A stretch of DNA of 64,000 bases from a virus, in IMG/VR virus record IMGVR_UViG_3300024358_000010. One strand, written 5' to 3'. The position numbers were made by a program, and so were the translations under genes. A model generated the notes under the pieces. That model had not been told where the DNA came from, searched no databases, and saw only the letters and a list, made by a program, of their open reading frames with translations. Of this stretch, positions 1 to 8,969 are shown piece after piece (the first letter of the stretch is position 1; the number at the start of each line of letters is the position of its first letter).

Positions 1-1
1 T

Positions 2-640
2 ATGTCTCAAGAGGGGCAGCCTAATTTCCAATACGCCATGTTTGACTACGTAACGGGCGCACTGAACAAACCGTTTATAGACCGCCTGGCGGATCTTAAG
101 GCCATGCTGGAATCATCATCGCTGATGGGCAAACACTTCACTATCGTCAACCACGCCATCGTCAGCTGTGTCAGCGATCTGCTTGCCTTAGAGCAACAGA
201 TGGTCGATCAGGGATACGAAGGATTGATGATAAGGTCACTTAGGGGGCCCTATAAATGCGGCAGATCTACGGCCAAAGAAGGCTATTTGCTCAAATTAAA
301 GCGCTTCGAGGACTCTGAGGCCATCATCCTCGACTATGAAGAGCAGATGCACAACACGAACGAGGCCAAAAAAGATGTGCTCGGTCGGACCGAAAGATCC
401 ACTGCCAAAGATGGACTCGTTCCTAAGGGGGTTCTCGGAACCATAATAGTTCGCGATATCCATTCTGGTGTGGAGTTTAAGATAGGCACGGGCTTTGACG
501 ATACTCAGAGGGCTAAATTCTGGAAAGAACGATCATCTTTACCAGGCCGACTGGTAAAATACAAATACCAGCCATCGGGCGTGAAAGAGGCACCTCGTTT
601 CCCCACCTTCCTCTCACTTAGGCACCAAGATGACCTTTAA
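2..640 (+). CDS. lig: ATP-dependent DNA ligase (probably 5'-partial)
   Basis: Ligase motifs GYEGLMIR, LLKLKRF, FKIGTGFDD and PRFPTF; the KxDG motif is absent, so the gene probably starts upstream of the window. Confidence 0.93.
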   Translation: MSQEGQPNFQYAMFDYVTGALNKPFIDRLADLKAMLESSSLMGKHFTIVNHAIVSCVSDLLALEQQMVDQGYEGLMIRSLRGPYKCGRSTAKEGYLLKLKRFEDSEAIILDYEEQMHNTNEAKKDVLGRTERSTAKDGLVPKGVLGTIIVRDIHSGVEFKIGTGFDDTQRAKFWKERSSLPGRLVKYKYQPSGVKEAPRFPTFLSLRHQDDL

Positions 641-655
641 TTTTCGGAGTCGCAT

Positions 656-892
656 TTGCTGTCCATAAGGTTAGAAAGAGGTAAAAATAACCTTTGGGCG
701 ATAAAGGTACCGAGTACCGGTGCAGTTATCTCAGAAAGACGATGGGTCTCGCAGGTAGACGCGGTTCAGTGGTGCAGAGCGGTAATGTCGTCATTCGGCG
801 TCAACTACTCGATCGAGGTGGCAGATGGAAGATCATATATCGAACAGCCGGGTGTTACGCAAGCTGCGAGCCCTAGAGACGATAAACAATAA
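656..892 (+). CDS. hypothetical protein
   Basis: TTG start with GGAG RBS, packed after the ligase. Confidence 0.55.
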   Translation: MLSIRLERGKNNLWAIKVPSTGAVISERRWVSQVDAVQWCRAVMSSFGVNYSIEVADGRSYIEQPGVTQAASPRDDKQ

Positions 893-1139
893 ATCAATAC
901 ACCCGCTAGACATGGCAGGTGAGCTATACACGTATGGCGTGCTGTCGGCAAAGCAACTCGAAGAGATAAAAACTTCAAACAATAAATCTGAGCTACTGTT
1001 TAGGGCTCTAGAGCTTGCCAACAAAGAAGGCCGCGTAGATCTTTTAGACTACGAGTGGCAGCTGCTGCCAATGCAGAGGATCACGATAACGATCGTGACG
1101 TCCTCAGGCATAAAAGAATACAGACACGAGGAACCATGA
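825..1139 (+). CDS. hypothetical protein
   Basis: ORF with GAGG upstream; ATGA overlap with the next gene. Confidence 0.6.
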   Translation: MEDHISNSRVLRKLRALETINNKSIHPLDMAGELYTYGVLSAKQLEEIKTSNNKSELLFRALELANKEGRVDLLDYEWQLLPMQRITITIVTSSGIKEYRHEEP

Positions 1140-1426
1140 AAAGAAGAAAAATATCTAGAGTACGGATATTCGATCCGATGGTTGACAATCCAACCAGCGT
1201 CGACGGCCACGAGTATGCGGCGACAAGATCTTTTCCAGTGTCTAAGAAGCTGAACGGCCTCAATTCTCCTCTGTCAGAGGAGTCAAAATCCCTGACGCGA
1301 GACGAGACAATACCAGCAGATTACAAAGGCTCGTACGGCATCAGGTCAAGTGCGTTCTTCGCCTTCTCGTCGGGCGACGACATCGACGATCTTAAGTATC
1401 TAATTAACAGATCCCCAGACATTTAA
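1136..1426 (+). CDS. hypothetical protein
   Basis: ATG at 1136 with GAGGA RBS, overlapping the previous stop. Confidence 0.6.
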   Translation: MKRRKISRVRIFDPMVDNPTSVDGHEYAATRSFPVSKKLNGLNSPLSEESKSLTRDETIPADYKGSYGIRSSAFFAFSSGDDIDDLKYLINRSPDI

Positions 1427-1451
1427 TAAACACCCATAGACCGGGGCGCGC

Positions 1452-2453
1452 ATGGATTCCAACTTCAAACTGATATGCAAGACAAAATTCTCAGATATCA
1501 CGGAAGACACGGTGCTGCCAAAATCTGATTTGGCGTTGCAGTCCGATGACACGCTTTTTCAATTTAAATACGTACGCGTAAACGAGAAGGTTAAGAAGAA
1601 GATCATCTTTCCAGGCACCTTCATGATGAAGTATGTGTCCGGCGGTCTTAAGTTGTCGCCTGTTGTGCTCGGTAAAAAGCGTCTACTGTTAGATGCGGTG
1701 GGCTCAAAAAGCATAATCGATGAGGCAAGCCGGTTCTTCTCGAACCTGCACGTATACGAGCAACTAGATCGCCAGAAGAAGCGTGGAGTACTCATATACT
1801 CGACCCCAGGGATGGGGAAGAGTTCCACGATAGCGCACTTCTGCGCAGAGGCTGTCGCCGCCGACCCCGGCACTGTAGTAGTTGTGTGGCCAACTTCAAA
1901 GGTTGAAGCAGACGACGTGACCGACTTCCTCGCCACTGGAACAAAGTTCAGTAAAAGGGCTACACGCATGATCCTTATCCTTGAGGACATCGGTGGCGCT
2001 GAATATGAAAACGGCGGCGGTGCTAGAGGTGTTGATTCTGGGATCCTTAATCTGCTCGACGGTGTTTCGATGAACTTTAAAGTACCTACGTTCATCGTGG
2101 CGACTACAAATCATCCAGAAAATCTTCTAGCTTCTCTGGCAGACAGACCAGGACGCTTCGACCTTATGATCGAGCTCAGAGCCCCGGCGTACGACGAGAG
2201 AATTAAATTATTAGAGTTTATTGCCAAACGCTCGCTCTCCGACGAAGAGAAAGACGTCTTCAAGCACAAAGATTGTGACACTTTGAGCATTGCGCACCTG
2301 GACGAGATTGTCGTTCGATCTTTGCTGCATGGCAAGTCTTTAAAACAAACTCTCAAAGAGATCTTAGACCACAAGAAGAATGTGGCAGAAGCTTTTGAGA
2401 AAGCAAGAAAAACAGGTGGAATTGGGTTCTCAACGTCTGACGACGGCTTCTAG
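1452..2453 (+). CDS. classical-clade AAA ATPase with C-terminal IGF motif
   Basis: Walker A STPGMGKS, Walker B ILILED, SRH TTNHPENL..LADRPGRFD; ends ...GGIGFSTSDDGF. Confidence 0.9.
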   Translation: MDSNFKLICKTKFSDITEDTVLPKSDLALQSDDTLFQFKYVRVNEKVKKKIIFPGTFMMKYVSGGLKLSPVVLGKKRLLLDAVGSKSIIDEASRFFSNLHVYEQLDRQKKRGVLIYSTPGMGKSSTIAHFCAEAVAADPGTVVVVWPTSKVEADDVTDFLATGTKFSKRATRMILILEDIGGAEYENGGGARGVDSGILNLLDGVSMNFKVPTFIVATTNHPENLLASLADRPGRFDLMIELRAPAYDERIKLLEFIAKRSLSDEEKDVFKHKDCDTLSIAHLDEIVVRSLLHGKSLKQTLKEILDHKKNVAEAFEKARKTGGIGFSTSDDGF

Positions 2454-2465
2454 GAGAAGCATTTT

Positions 2466-2759
2466 ATGACGTTCTTAGAGGCTTCGCTTTCTGGCTATAA
2501 GTTTAAGCGTGCTAACCATAAAAAGTATCTCATTTTTGATGAGCGAGGCGGTCTATCCTGGGAAGACGGTGAGATTGCGGCTCTGAATATCGACTGGCTC
2601 AGGGCAAACGACTGGGAAGTATTAGAACCACAGGTCACTATCACAAAATCCGAATTTATGGATGCCTACGCGAAGGCCTGCGACAAGGTGCATAGCGGTG
2701 CTAACTTCGTGAGCGTACTTGAAGTTGTATCTGAGATGGCTAAAACACTTAAACTGTGA
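2466..2759 (+). CDS. hypothetical phage protein
   Basis: AGGAG RBS; phage-type MTFLEA...ANDWEV pattern. Confidence 0.7.
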   Translation: MTFLEASLSGYKFKRANHKKYLIFDERGGLSWEDGEIAALNIDWLRANDWEVLEPQVTITKSEFMDAYAKACDKVHSGANFVSVLEVVSEMAKTLKL

Positions 2760-2766
2760 GGCGTGT

Positions 2767-3051
2767 ATGAATACTAAATGGCTAGCATGTGCTGCGATCT
2801 TGGCGACATCTACTGTGAGTCTAGCGAACTTAGATAAACCTAAGTTCGCAAAGGGAGACTGCGTCCAGAGAACAGCCGATGTGGAGCGCTGGGAGCAACC
2901 GGAGCCTATTATCAAGATTTTAGAGGTTGGCCGTAAAAAATATCGCACCATCGAGTGGAACCTAGAGACAAAGACGTTCGACCCAAACTGGGAGTCTCAC
3001 GCGTTCCTTATCATCGATACCTTCAACACTAAAGTGAGGTGTCCAAAATGA
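2767..3051 (+). CDS. putative exported protein
   Basis: ATG at 2767 with GAGG RBS; signal-peptide-like N-terminus MNTKWLACAAILATSTVSLA. Confidence 0.6.
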   Translation: MNTKWLACAAILATSTVSLANLDKPKFAKGDCVQRTADVERWEQPEPIIKILEVGRKKYRTIEWNLETKTFDPNWESHAFLIIDTFNTKVRCPK

Positions 3052-3233
3052 GAATTATGCTAGCACTTGCCCTGTTGACCTCGTGTACAGCTCCAGTTTC
3101 GCCAACATCTGCACAGGCATCAAACTTAGAGTGCTCGGTTGTAGCCGAGCACCAGCTGACGATCTGCCAGGATAAATTTGTGAGATGCTACATGCCGACA
3201 CATGGCGGCATATACTGCATGCCTATCAGGTAG
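3048..3233 (+). CDS. small putative lipoprotein
   Basis: GAGG RBS; lipobox-like LLTSC; Cys-rich. Confidence 0.55.
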   Translation: MRIMLALALLTSCTAPVSPTSAQASNLECSVVAEHQLTICQDKFVRCYMPTHGGIYCMPIR

Positions 3234-3999
3234 CTTCTTCAGAGATAGAGTCGTCTATCTCCTCTTCTCTCAGCTCGTTGAGCGAGAGTTTTGGTATCGA
3301 CTTCTTACTTATCCGCTCGTATATGCTTTTGATAGTTTTCTGCATCGTTTTGTTGTCGACTCGCTCGCTGAGCGCAGCATTTCTCGTGCGCCTTACTGAG
3401 CCTCTTTTGCGCTGCTGTATGACTTTGTCGGCCAAACCTAGTAAAACTGTCTCTTCTGCGGTTAAATACAAATCGCGCTGGCACACGTCCTGCCAAAACG
3501 CCTTAGGCATTCTAGAGTTTTGCTCAAAAATGTCATAAAGCTTATCTTGAAGATTTTGAAAGTGCTTGCTGGTGATCTGAAAGTCGGTGTGCCGGTCCTC
3601 TAACTGATCTGATCCGTCATGGACGAGAACGTAAGTATTTTTGTGCAGCATACGCAGATCGCATACCGCCATGATCCATGTGGCGGCAGACGCTATGAGA
3701 CCGCTGCCAACGAACTTAACTTGAACAGGGGACGCTTCGATCTCGTCTACTAATCTGAGCATCTCGTACGGATCGCCACCTGGACACGACATATGGATCT
3801 CGATGGGTGCCGAGTTCTTCTCATACATCCTGTGCATGCCGCGCACTACGGCCTCTATAGACCCCCAGCCGACGTCTGATCCATTATCCGAATCAATTAT
3901 TCCAAAGTATATGCGACGCTTTTCGATGTCAATACCGAAGGTTAAGATTTCATCTAGTGAGTTTTTGTCAGACACGGCATCCTCCATCAGCTTGAACAT
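3226..3999 (-). CDS. clpP: ClpP-like serine protease
   Basis: SCPGG motif, catalytic Ser in IASAA, His in VHDG, Asp in RDLY, LGLADKVI; the only - strand gene in the + block. Confidence 0.88.
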   Translation of the reverse strand: MFKLMEDAVSDKNSLDEILTFGIDIEKRRIYFGIIDSDNGSDVGWGSIEAVVRGMHRMYEKNSAPIEIHMSCPGGDPYEMLRLVDEIEASPVQVKFVGSGLIASAATWIMAVCDLRMLHKNTYVLVHDGSDQLEDRHTDFQITSKHFQNLQDKLYDIFEQNSRMPKAFWQDVCQRDLYLTAEETVLLGLADKVIQQRKRGSVRRTRNAALSERVDNKTMQKTIKSIYERISKKSIPKLSLNELREEEIDDSISEEAT

Positions 4000-4024
4000 A
4001 TTTTACCCTTACAAGGAGAAAACC

Positions 4025-4345
4025 ATGAACGAAACAATCGAGCAATTCATAGCCCGAGGCGGCAAAATATCCAAGTTTGAGCCTCAAGAATCGCCAGAGA
4101 CTAAGCATATTTTGTCAGTAAAATTAACAGGTTCTATGGACATCATAGACCTGGCGGAGGGTGCTGATTTATATTCCGAAGCAGCTATGGCTGCTAAAGG
4201 TATCCGCAAGGTAAAAATAGATAGGAAGAAAAGGATTAAGATAAATCCAGATCTTCTACCCCCGGGTTTGCTTGGGTTACTAAATTCTTTAGGAGACGAT
4301 ATCGATGCAGCGCGACAACAAGAAGAAACTGTTTCTGAAGGATAG
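4025..4345 (+). CDS. hypothetical phage protein
   Basis: AAGGAG RBS before ATG 4025; EQFIARGGKI motif. Confidence 0.7.
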   Translation: MNETIEQFIARGGKISKFEPQESPETKHILSVKLTGSMDIIDLAEGADLYSEAAMAAKGIRKVKIDRKKRIKINPDLLPPGLLGLLNSLGDDIDAARQQEETVSEG

Positions 4346-4571
4346 TCGAGGGTTTGTCGAGCTGTACTTTACACCTGATGAAGTTCTTTCAATGCTAGAA
4401 ATTTTAGCATTTACGCGTAGGTTATGCAATTCACTAATGACTCAGGAAAATTCCAGCATATCAGAAGACACTAAGAATCTTTTGCAAGATAAAACTCTCG
4501 CAGCTTCTCTTCTAGAAGAGAAGATTAAGATGGACGCAGACCCTGGAAAACCAGACGGACCGCTGCACTAA
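4305..4571 (+). CDS. hypothetical protein
   Basis: AGGAG RBS, helical ORF. Confidence 0.65.
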   Translation: MQRDNKKKLFLKDSRGFVELYFTPDEVLSMLEILAFTRRLCNSLMTQENSSISEDTKNLLQDKTLAASLLEEKIKMDADPGKPDGPLH

Positions 4572-4660
4572 ACCATGCACTTGCTGCATGCGTGTGGCCC
4601 CCAGGTATAAAACCTAGGTTGGTTTATTGTCGGCTAATTTTAGCTAGATTTCCAGGTTAT

Positions 4661-4679
4661 TTTTCCGATTCTAATCATC
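4661..4679 (+). promoter_or_regulatory. conserved upstream motif (variant TTTTCCGATTCTAATCATC)
   Basis: 15/19 match to the identical 19-mers at 8929 and 12597; ~30 nt before the MoxR ATPase start. Confidence 0.55.
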
Positions 4680-4707
4680 ATAGACAATTTCCAACGAAGG
4701 AGACGCA

Positions 4708-5829
4708 ATGAAACCATCTCGCATCCAAGAAGTTCTCGATCTTTCCCTTCAAGCTCGCTCTGTTGGTAAAAACCTAAACCCATTGTTTGCAGGCGCAGCT
4801 GGTATCGGCAAGTCAGAGATTTGCCAAGCTTGGGTCAAAAAGCAGCAAAAGACAAGAAATCCAAACTTTGGTTTCATTGACCTTCGGTGCGCGTATTTGG
4901 AGGCCCCTGATTTTATCGGCTTCCCAGGCGAGTCAGTCGATGCACACGGCGCCGTGAGAACATCCCACCGCCTCCCAGAATTCTGGCCAACCGACCCGGA
5001 ATCAGAGGGCCTTATCCTTCTCGAGGAACCTAACCGCGGCACGACAGCGGTCATGAACTGCCTGATGCAGCTCCTCACCGATCGAAAAGTTCACAACTAC
5101 ACCCTCCCAAAGGGATGGATCATCGCCGGCGCGATCAACCCGGATTCTGCCGAGTACGATGTAAACACGATGGATACTGCGCTCAAAAATCGTTTCGCCT
5201 CGTTCGAAGTTGAGTACGACCACAACACGTTCGTCTCCTTCATGGAAGAGAACAACTGGTGTCAGCATATCGTGTATTTCGTCAAATCAGGTACTTGGAC
5301 ATACAAGGACGCATCATCCGTCGGCAAAGACGCGGTCTACGTCTCCCCAAGAACATGGGCACAGCTGAACGCGGCCCATGCCGCTGGCGCCCTCGGCGAT
5401 AAGCAGCTACACCGCATCATCGCTACTGCAGTTCTAGGCAAAGACATCGGCAACGAATTCTGGAAATTCGTGCACGATGACGCGCCTGTCACAGCGCACG
5501 ATCTACTTAAGAGTAAAAAGAAAGCTCTGTCTAAGCTCAAGGAGCAGTCTAAGCCTGACGCGTACCAAGGCGACAAGATCGCGGTGACCGTTGAATCTAT
5601 TATCAAAGAGTATGGCGGCATCGAGCCTAAAGATGATCAAATCGGCGAAGACGTGATGGTTGAAGTTGCGAAGATCATCTCTTCTGACCAGGCAGTCAAC
5701 CTTCTAAAGGGTTGTGGCCTTAAGTCTCACAACGGCAACATCACAGACTTCTTCAAAGACTTTTGCAAGCGTCATCCAGATTTGGTTGACGTGCTCAAAT
5801 CAAACATCAAACTAAGCGGCAACAAGTGA
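4708..5829 (+). CDS. MoxR-like AAA+ ATPase
   Basis: Walker A GAAGIGKS, Walker B ILLEEPNR, AGAINP, DTALKNRF and SPRTW motifs of the MoxR-like family partnered with VWA proteins. Confidence 0.9.
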   Translation: MKPSRIQEVLDLSLQARSVGKNLNPLFAGAAGIGKSEICQAWVKKQQKTRNPNFGFIDLRCAYLEAPDFIGFPGESVDAHGAVRTSHRLPEFWPTDPESEGLILLEEPNRGTTAVMNCLMQLLTDRKVHNYTLPKGWIIAGAINPDSAEYDVNTMDTALKNRFASFEVEYDHNTFVSFMEENNWCQHIVYFVKSGTWTYKDASSVGKDAVYVSPRTWAQLNAAHAAGALGDKQLHRIIATAVLGKDIGNEFWKFVHDDAPVTAHDLLKSKKKALSKLKEQSKPDAYQGDKIAVTVESIIKEYGGIEPKDDQIGEDVMVEVAKIISSDQAVNLLKGCGLKSHNGNITDFFKDFCKRHPDLVDVLKSNIKLSGNK

Positions 5830-6230
5830 GATCGAGAAATCTGCGAGATAAGCGTCGTCATGTGTGGCGGGGGTCAACGATTTCCCCGTCTGACGCGAGA
5901 AAGATCTCCGCCACACAGGTTAGACACTCTAACGTGGTGCTTTGCATCCAGGCGTCCACCATCGATAGTATCGCCCTCCATCTCGGTCTATCAAAGATAG
6001 ACGCGATGGCCAAGATTATGCAAGAAGTTAACAGCGTCGAAGAAAAACGCGGCGAACACCAGATTAAAATCATCAACACGCCGGTTGTCATGTGGATAAG
6101 CTTCAGAAAATACGAAAGCAAAATATGTGCTGAGATACAGCTCAGCACTAAAAATATCATAGTGTCTGTTGACAAGCTTTCATCTCTAGTTGCGGACGAA
6201 GCTCTGAAACGCGAGATGGATAGCCTTTAA
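5826..6230 (+). CDS. hypothetical protein
   Basis: GTGA overlap with the upstream stop. Confidence 0.55.
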   Translation: MRSRNLRDKRRHVWRGSTISPSDARKISATQVRHSNVVLCIQASTIDSIALHLGLSKIDAMAKIMQEVNSVEEKRGEHQIKIINTPVVMWISFRKYESKICAEIQLSTKNIIVSVDKLSSLVADEALKREMDSL

Positions 6231-6247
6231 CCCAGATAGGAGTAGAG

Positions 6248-6985
6248 ATGTTTACCAAAACCCTAACCGCAATCTGCGCAGTCCTGGCTCTGTCGTGCAA
6301 CTACGAGCCACCTGTTAACAGTGGGATTGTTGAGTCCGCCAAAAATGTTACAACCTCTGATAGAGAATCAAAAGAGCTTGGCGATTACGCCCTCCTGATG
6401 ATGCGGATTGTTAACGCAAATCTTTCTGATGTCAGGAGAAATGTCGTTGCGCGCAGCATCGTGAACGTCGCCAACGATATCTTCTCATCCCTGGACGAAA
6501 AGAAGCAATTTGTGGTGATGATCGCTATTGAGTCCAAATTCAATACCGATGCCAAATCGTCAGCTGGCGCACTCGGGCTTACGCAGATCATGCCTCAGTA
6601 TGCCCGAGAATTCGGCACAGCGTGTGGTATAAAAGACTTAAGGGATGAAGACATGATTCACCCGGACGTCAACCTGATACTTGGGGCGTGTCGTTTCAAG
6701 GCGCTACTTGACGCTTTCAACGGTCAACCGGTACCTGCATTGGTAGCTTATAACGCAGGATTGGCATCTAACCAGTTAAAACAACTACAGTCTTTGAGAG
6801 AAATAACAAACACGGAGACTGCGTCATACGTAGTGAAATGGATTTATGTCAAAGATCAAGCGGACAAGCAAACCGAAAAGCGCAAAGTCCGGGTCAAAAC
6901 CGCCAGTGGATCTGAGCAAGGCTCGAAGAAAGAAGATATACGCGCGCAAGAAGGTAATAAAAAACAGGAAGAATCTGGGACTTAA
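6248..6985 (+). CDS. lytic transglycosylase (SLT family), putative lipoprotein
   Basis: IESKFN..AKSSAGALGLTQIMP, AYNAG, ETASYV; N-terminal lipobox LALSC. Confidence 0.88.
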   Translation: MFTKTLTAICAVLALSCNYEPPVNSGIVESAKNVTTSDRESKELGDYALLMMRIVNANLSDVRRNVVARSIVNVANDIFSSLDEKKQFVVMIAIESKFNTDAKSSAGALGLTQIMPQYAREFGTACGIKDLRDEDMIHPDVNLILGACRFKALLDAFNGQPVPALVAYNAGLASNQLKQLQSLREITNTETASYVVKWIYVKDQADKQTEKRKVRVKTASGSEQGSKKEDIRAQEGNKKQEESGT

Positions 6986-7115
6986 AAATAAGTGCGAGAC
7001 GTATACTTCGTATTCTAACTATCTCGAAAATATAAAGAAAAAGGTAGCTAGAATACAAGCCATAATCGATCAGCTGAAGGAACTAGCGGATGACCAATCT
7101 AGATTCGACGAATGA
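6846..7115 (+). CDS. basic hypothetical protein
   Basis: Lys-rich ORF filling the gap before thyX; overlaps the SLT gene tail by 140 nt. Confidence 0.4.
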   Translation: MSKIKRTSKPKSAKSGSKPPVDLSKARRKKIYARKKVIKNRKNLGLKNKCETYTSYSNYLENIKKKVARIQAIIDQLKELADDQSRFDE

Positions 7116-7749
7116 ATTTTCGGTCAAAGTGATATCGGTTACGCAGCCAGTCGACCAGTCCTTAGATCATGAGCAAATTATAGCTTACTGCGCTCGGGTT
7201 TCTAACCCAAACAACCAGAACAACACAGAGACAATGCCTAAACTCCTGAAATATCTTCAGGATCACAAGCATTGGTCTCCGTTTGAGATGGCCCACGCGG
7301 TACTCGAGATTGAGACTTCCAGGGGCATATCGCCCCAGATCCTTCGCCACCGGAGCTTCTCCTTTCAAGAGTTCTCTCAACGATATCAATCGGTTGATGA
7401 TTCTGGCGTGGTGATATACGCGGCTCGACGGCAAGACAAAAAGAACAAGCAAAACTCCATAGACGATCTTCCGGATGAAATAAAGCTGGAATGGCAAGAT
7501 CGCCAGCTCCAGAACTGGAAAACTACTTTTGAGCACTATACCTGGGCCCTGAACAACGGTATTGCCAAGGAGTGCGCTCGCTTTGTTTTGCCATTGGGGT
7601 CTAAAACTCGTCTTTATATGTCTGGTACTATTAGATCTTGGATGCACTTTCTCGAGACTCGAACCCACGAGTCCACGCAGAAGGAGCACCGAGATATAGC
7701 GATTGCATGCCGAGAGGCTCTAAGAGAACACTTCCCAAGCATATTCTAG
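7090..7749 (+). CDS. thyX: FAD-dependent thymidylate synthase
   Basis: HWSPFE, RHRSFSFQEFSQRY signature, ECARFVLP, TQKEHR. Confidence 0.96.
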   Translation: MTNLDSTNEFSVKVISVTQPVDQSLDHEQIIAYCARVSNPNNQNNTETMPKLLKYLQDHKHWSPFEMAHAVLEIETSRGISPQILRHRSFSFQEFSQRYQSVDDSGVVIYAARRQDKKNKQNSIDDLPDEIKLEWQDRQLQNWKTTFEHYTWALNNGIAKECARFVLPLGSKTRLYMSGTIRSWMHFLETRTHESTQKEHRDIAIACREALREHFPSIF

Positions 7750-7757
7750 AGGACACG

Positions 7758-8048
7758 ATGTCAGACGATAAAGAGAAATCAAACGTAGTCGATTTATCGT
7801 CTAGGCGCACAAAGCCCGAAGAAAACGATCCCGAAGTCGAAGCCGTACTTCTTCTGTCCGACGATATCGATGATGTGCTGAACCGATATATCGCAGCTGG
7901 CACCCCTCCCGATCTAGTCGCAGCGGTCGTGTCTAACAGACTTGGAACCTTGCTAGCAGCGATGGAGGCTGCGGGTATATCAGATCCCATAGATGTGTAT
8001 CTTGATATCGTGGCTCAAGAAGCCGCGCGGAAGCACGACGAAGATTAA
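7758..8048 (+). CDS. hypothetical protein
   Basis: GAGGA RBS before ATG 7758. Confidence 0.65.
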   Translation: MSDDKEKSNVVDLSSRRTKPEENDPEVEAVLLLSDDIDDVLNRYIAAGTPPDLVAAVVSNRLGTLLAAMEAAGISDPIDVYLDIVAQEAARKHDED

Positions 8049-8068
8049 AATCTCACTGAGGTCTAACT

Positions 8069-8200
8069 ATGAAACTGTCGTTTAAAGATGGGTTTAAAGC
8101 TGGACTGGGTTTAGCTGCGGCGCAGCTCGTGTCTGGCGTGCTCTCGGTTTTGGTTATTATCGGCGTGTTGCTGGCGCTTTCTGTTTTCTTTGCTGGCTAG
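8069..8200 (+). CDS. 43-aa membrane protein (below ORF-track cutoff)
   Basis: GAGG RBS; MKLSFKDGFKAGLGLAAAQLVSGVLSVLVIIGVLLALSVFFAG. Confidence 0.65.
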   Translation: MKLSFKDGFKAGLGLAAAQLVSGVLSVLVIIGVLLALSVFFAG

Positions 8201-8207
8201 TCAGACC

Positions 8208-8366
8208 ATGATCACGAAAATACCACCTCACAGTATTATCGGGTGGGCGGTGGCTCTGGCGAAACCGGTGATCGAAGAGGATATAACTCGGGCTTACACG
8301 ATCATACCCTTCGCGTACTGTCTGTGGAAATTAAAGCTTAAAGGAATCAAGGTTGAAACGTTGTGA
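8208..8366 (+). CDS. micro-ORF A (52 aa) of a paralogous family
   Basis: Hand-translated; WAVALA...FAYCLWKLKLK. Confidence 0.55.
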   Translation: MITKIPPHSIIGWAVALAKPVIEEDITRAYTIIPFAYCLWKLKLKGIKVETL

Positions 8367-8496
8367 TTGGCCAGATTTTGACTCATGGCCGTGGAGCATA
8401 GCTTTAGCGTCATCTCCTCTTCTTAAGAAGAGGAACTTCTTGCACCATGTAGGATACAAGCTCATGCGCTCCATGTGGAGGATGAAAGTTATATGA
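8353..8496 (+). CDS. micro-ORF B (47 aa) of a paralogous family
   Basis: TTG start with AAGGA upstream; WSIALA...LMRSMWRMKV. Confidence 0.5.
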   Translation: MKRCDWPDFDSWPWSIALASSPLLKKRNFLHHVGYKLMRSMWRMKVI

Positions 8497-8503
8497 GATC
8501 TAT

Positions 8504-8647
8504 ATGGTAAGAATAACCTCCCCAAATACAGATGATTGGATGAGAGCGCTGATGGTGCTTGCTAGAGTTTCTTCGCACGGAGACAGCAGTGTTATGCCAA
8601 TGCTGCTGTTCGCTAGAGCACTATGGCATTTGCGACTTAAAGAGTGA
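8504..8647 (+). CDS. micro-ORF C (47 aa) of a paralogous family
   Basis: Hand-translated; WMRALM...FARALWHLRLK. Confidence 0.55.
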   Translation: MVRITSPNTDDWMRALMVLARVSSHGDSSVMPMLLFARALWHLRLKE

Positions 8648-8668
8648 TCACTTAACAAAGTAGGCTAC

Positions 8669-8899
8669 ATGAAATATAATTTAAAACCTTGCCCGTTTTG
8701 TGGAGGCTCTGCTCAGATGGTTGAGCGCTCACTTATGAGCATACTCGGTCATATTAAGGCTTACTCAATACACTGCGAAAGTTGCTATGTCTCAACATCA
8801 GAAATAGACGAATCAGATGACATAAAAGACAAATCGATTCAAAATCATCTCATAAAAATATGGAATACAAGAAAAAGTAAATACTTAATTGCCGATTGA
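8669..8899 (+). CDS. Lar-family (restriction alleviation) zinc-ribbon protein
   Basis: LKPCPFCGG...CESC...WNTR pattern. Confidence 0.8.
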   Translation: MKYNLKPCPFCGGSAQMVERSLMSILGHIKAYSIHCESCYVSTSEIDESDDIKDKSIQNHLIKIWNTRKSKYLIAD

Positions 8900-8928
8900 A
8901 ACACACGCGCGGTTACATTTTTAAATAT

Positions 8929-8947
8929 ATTTCCGAATCAAATGATC
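8929..8947 (+). promoter_or_regulatory. conserved 19-bp motif ATTTCCGAATCAAATGATC
   Basis: Identical copy at 12597-12615; lies just before the RBS of the VWA gene. Confidence 0.7.
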
Positions 8948-8969
8948 CTCAAACCCGAGGAGGAGATGC

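Noticed and set aside
3803-4024. Long N-terminal extensions in the ORF track (3803, also 1055, 7638, 20306, 21416, 21840, 30823)
   Set aside because: They overlap neighbouring genes or regulatory DNA; downstream starts with a clear RBS or stop-start coupling were used instead
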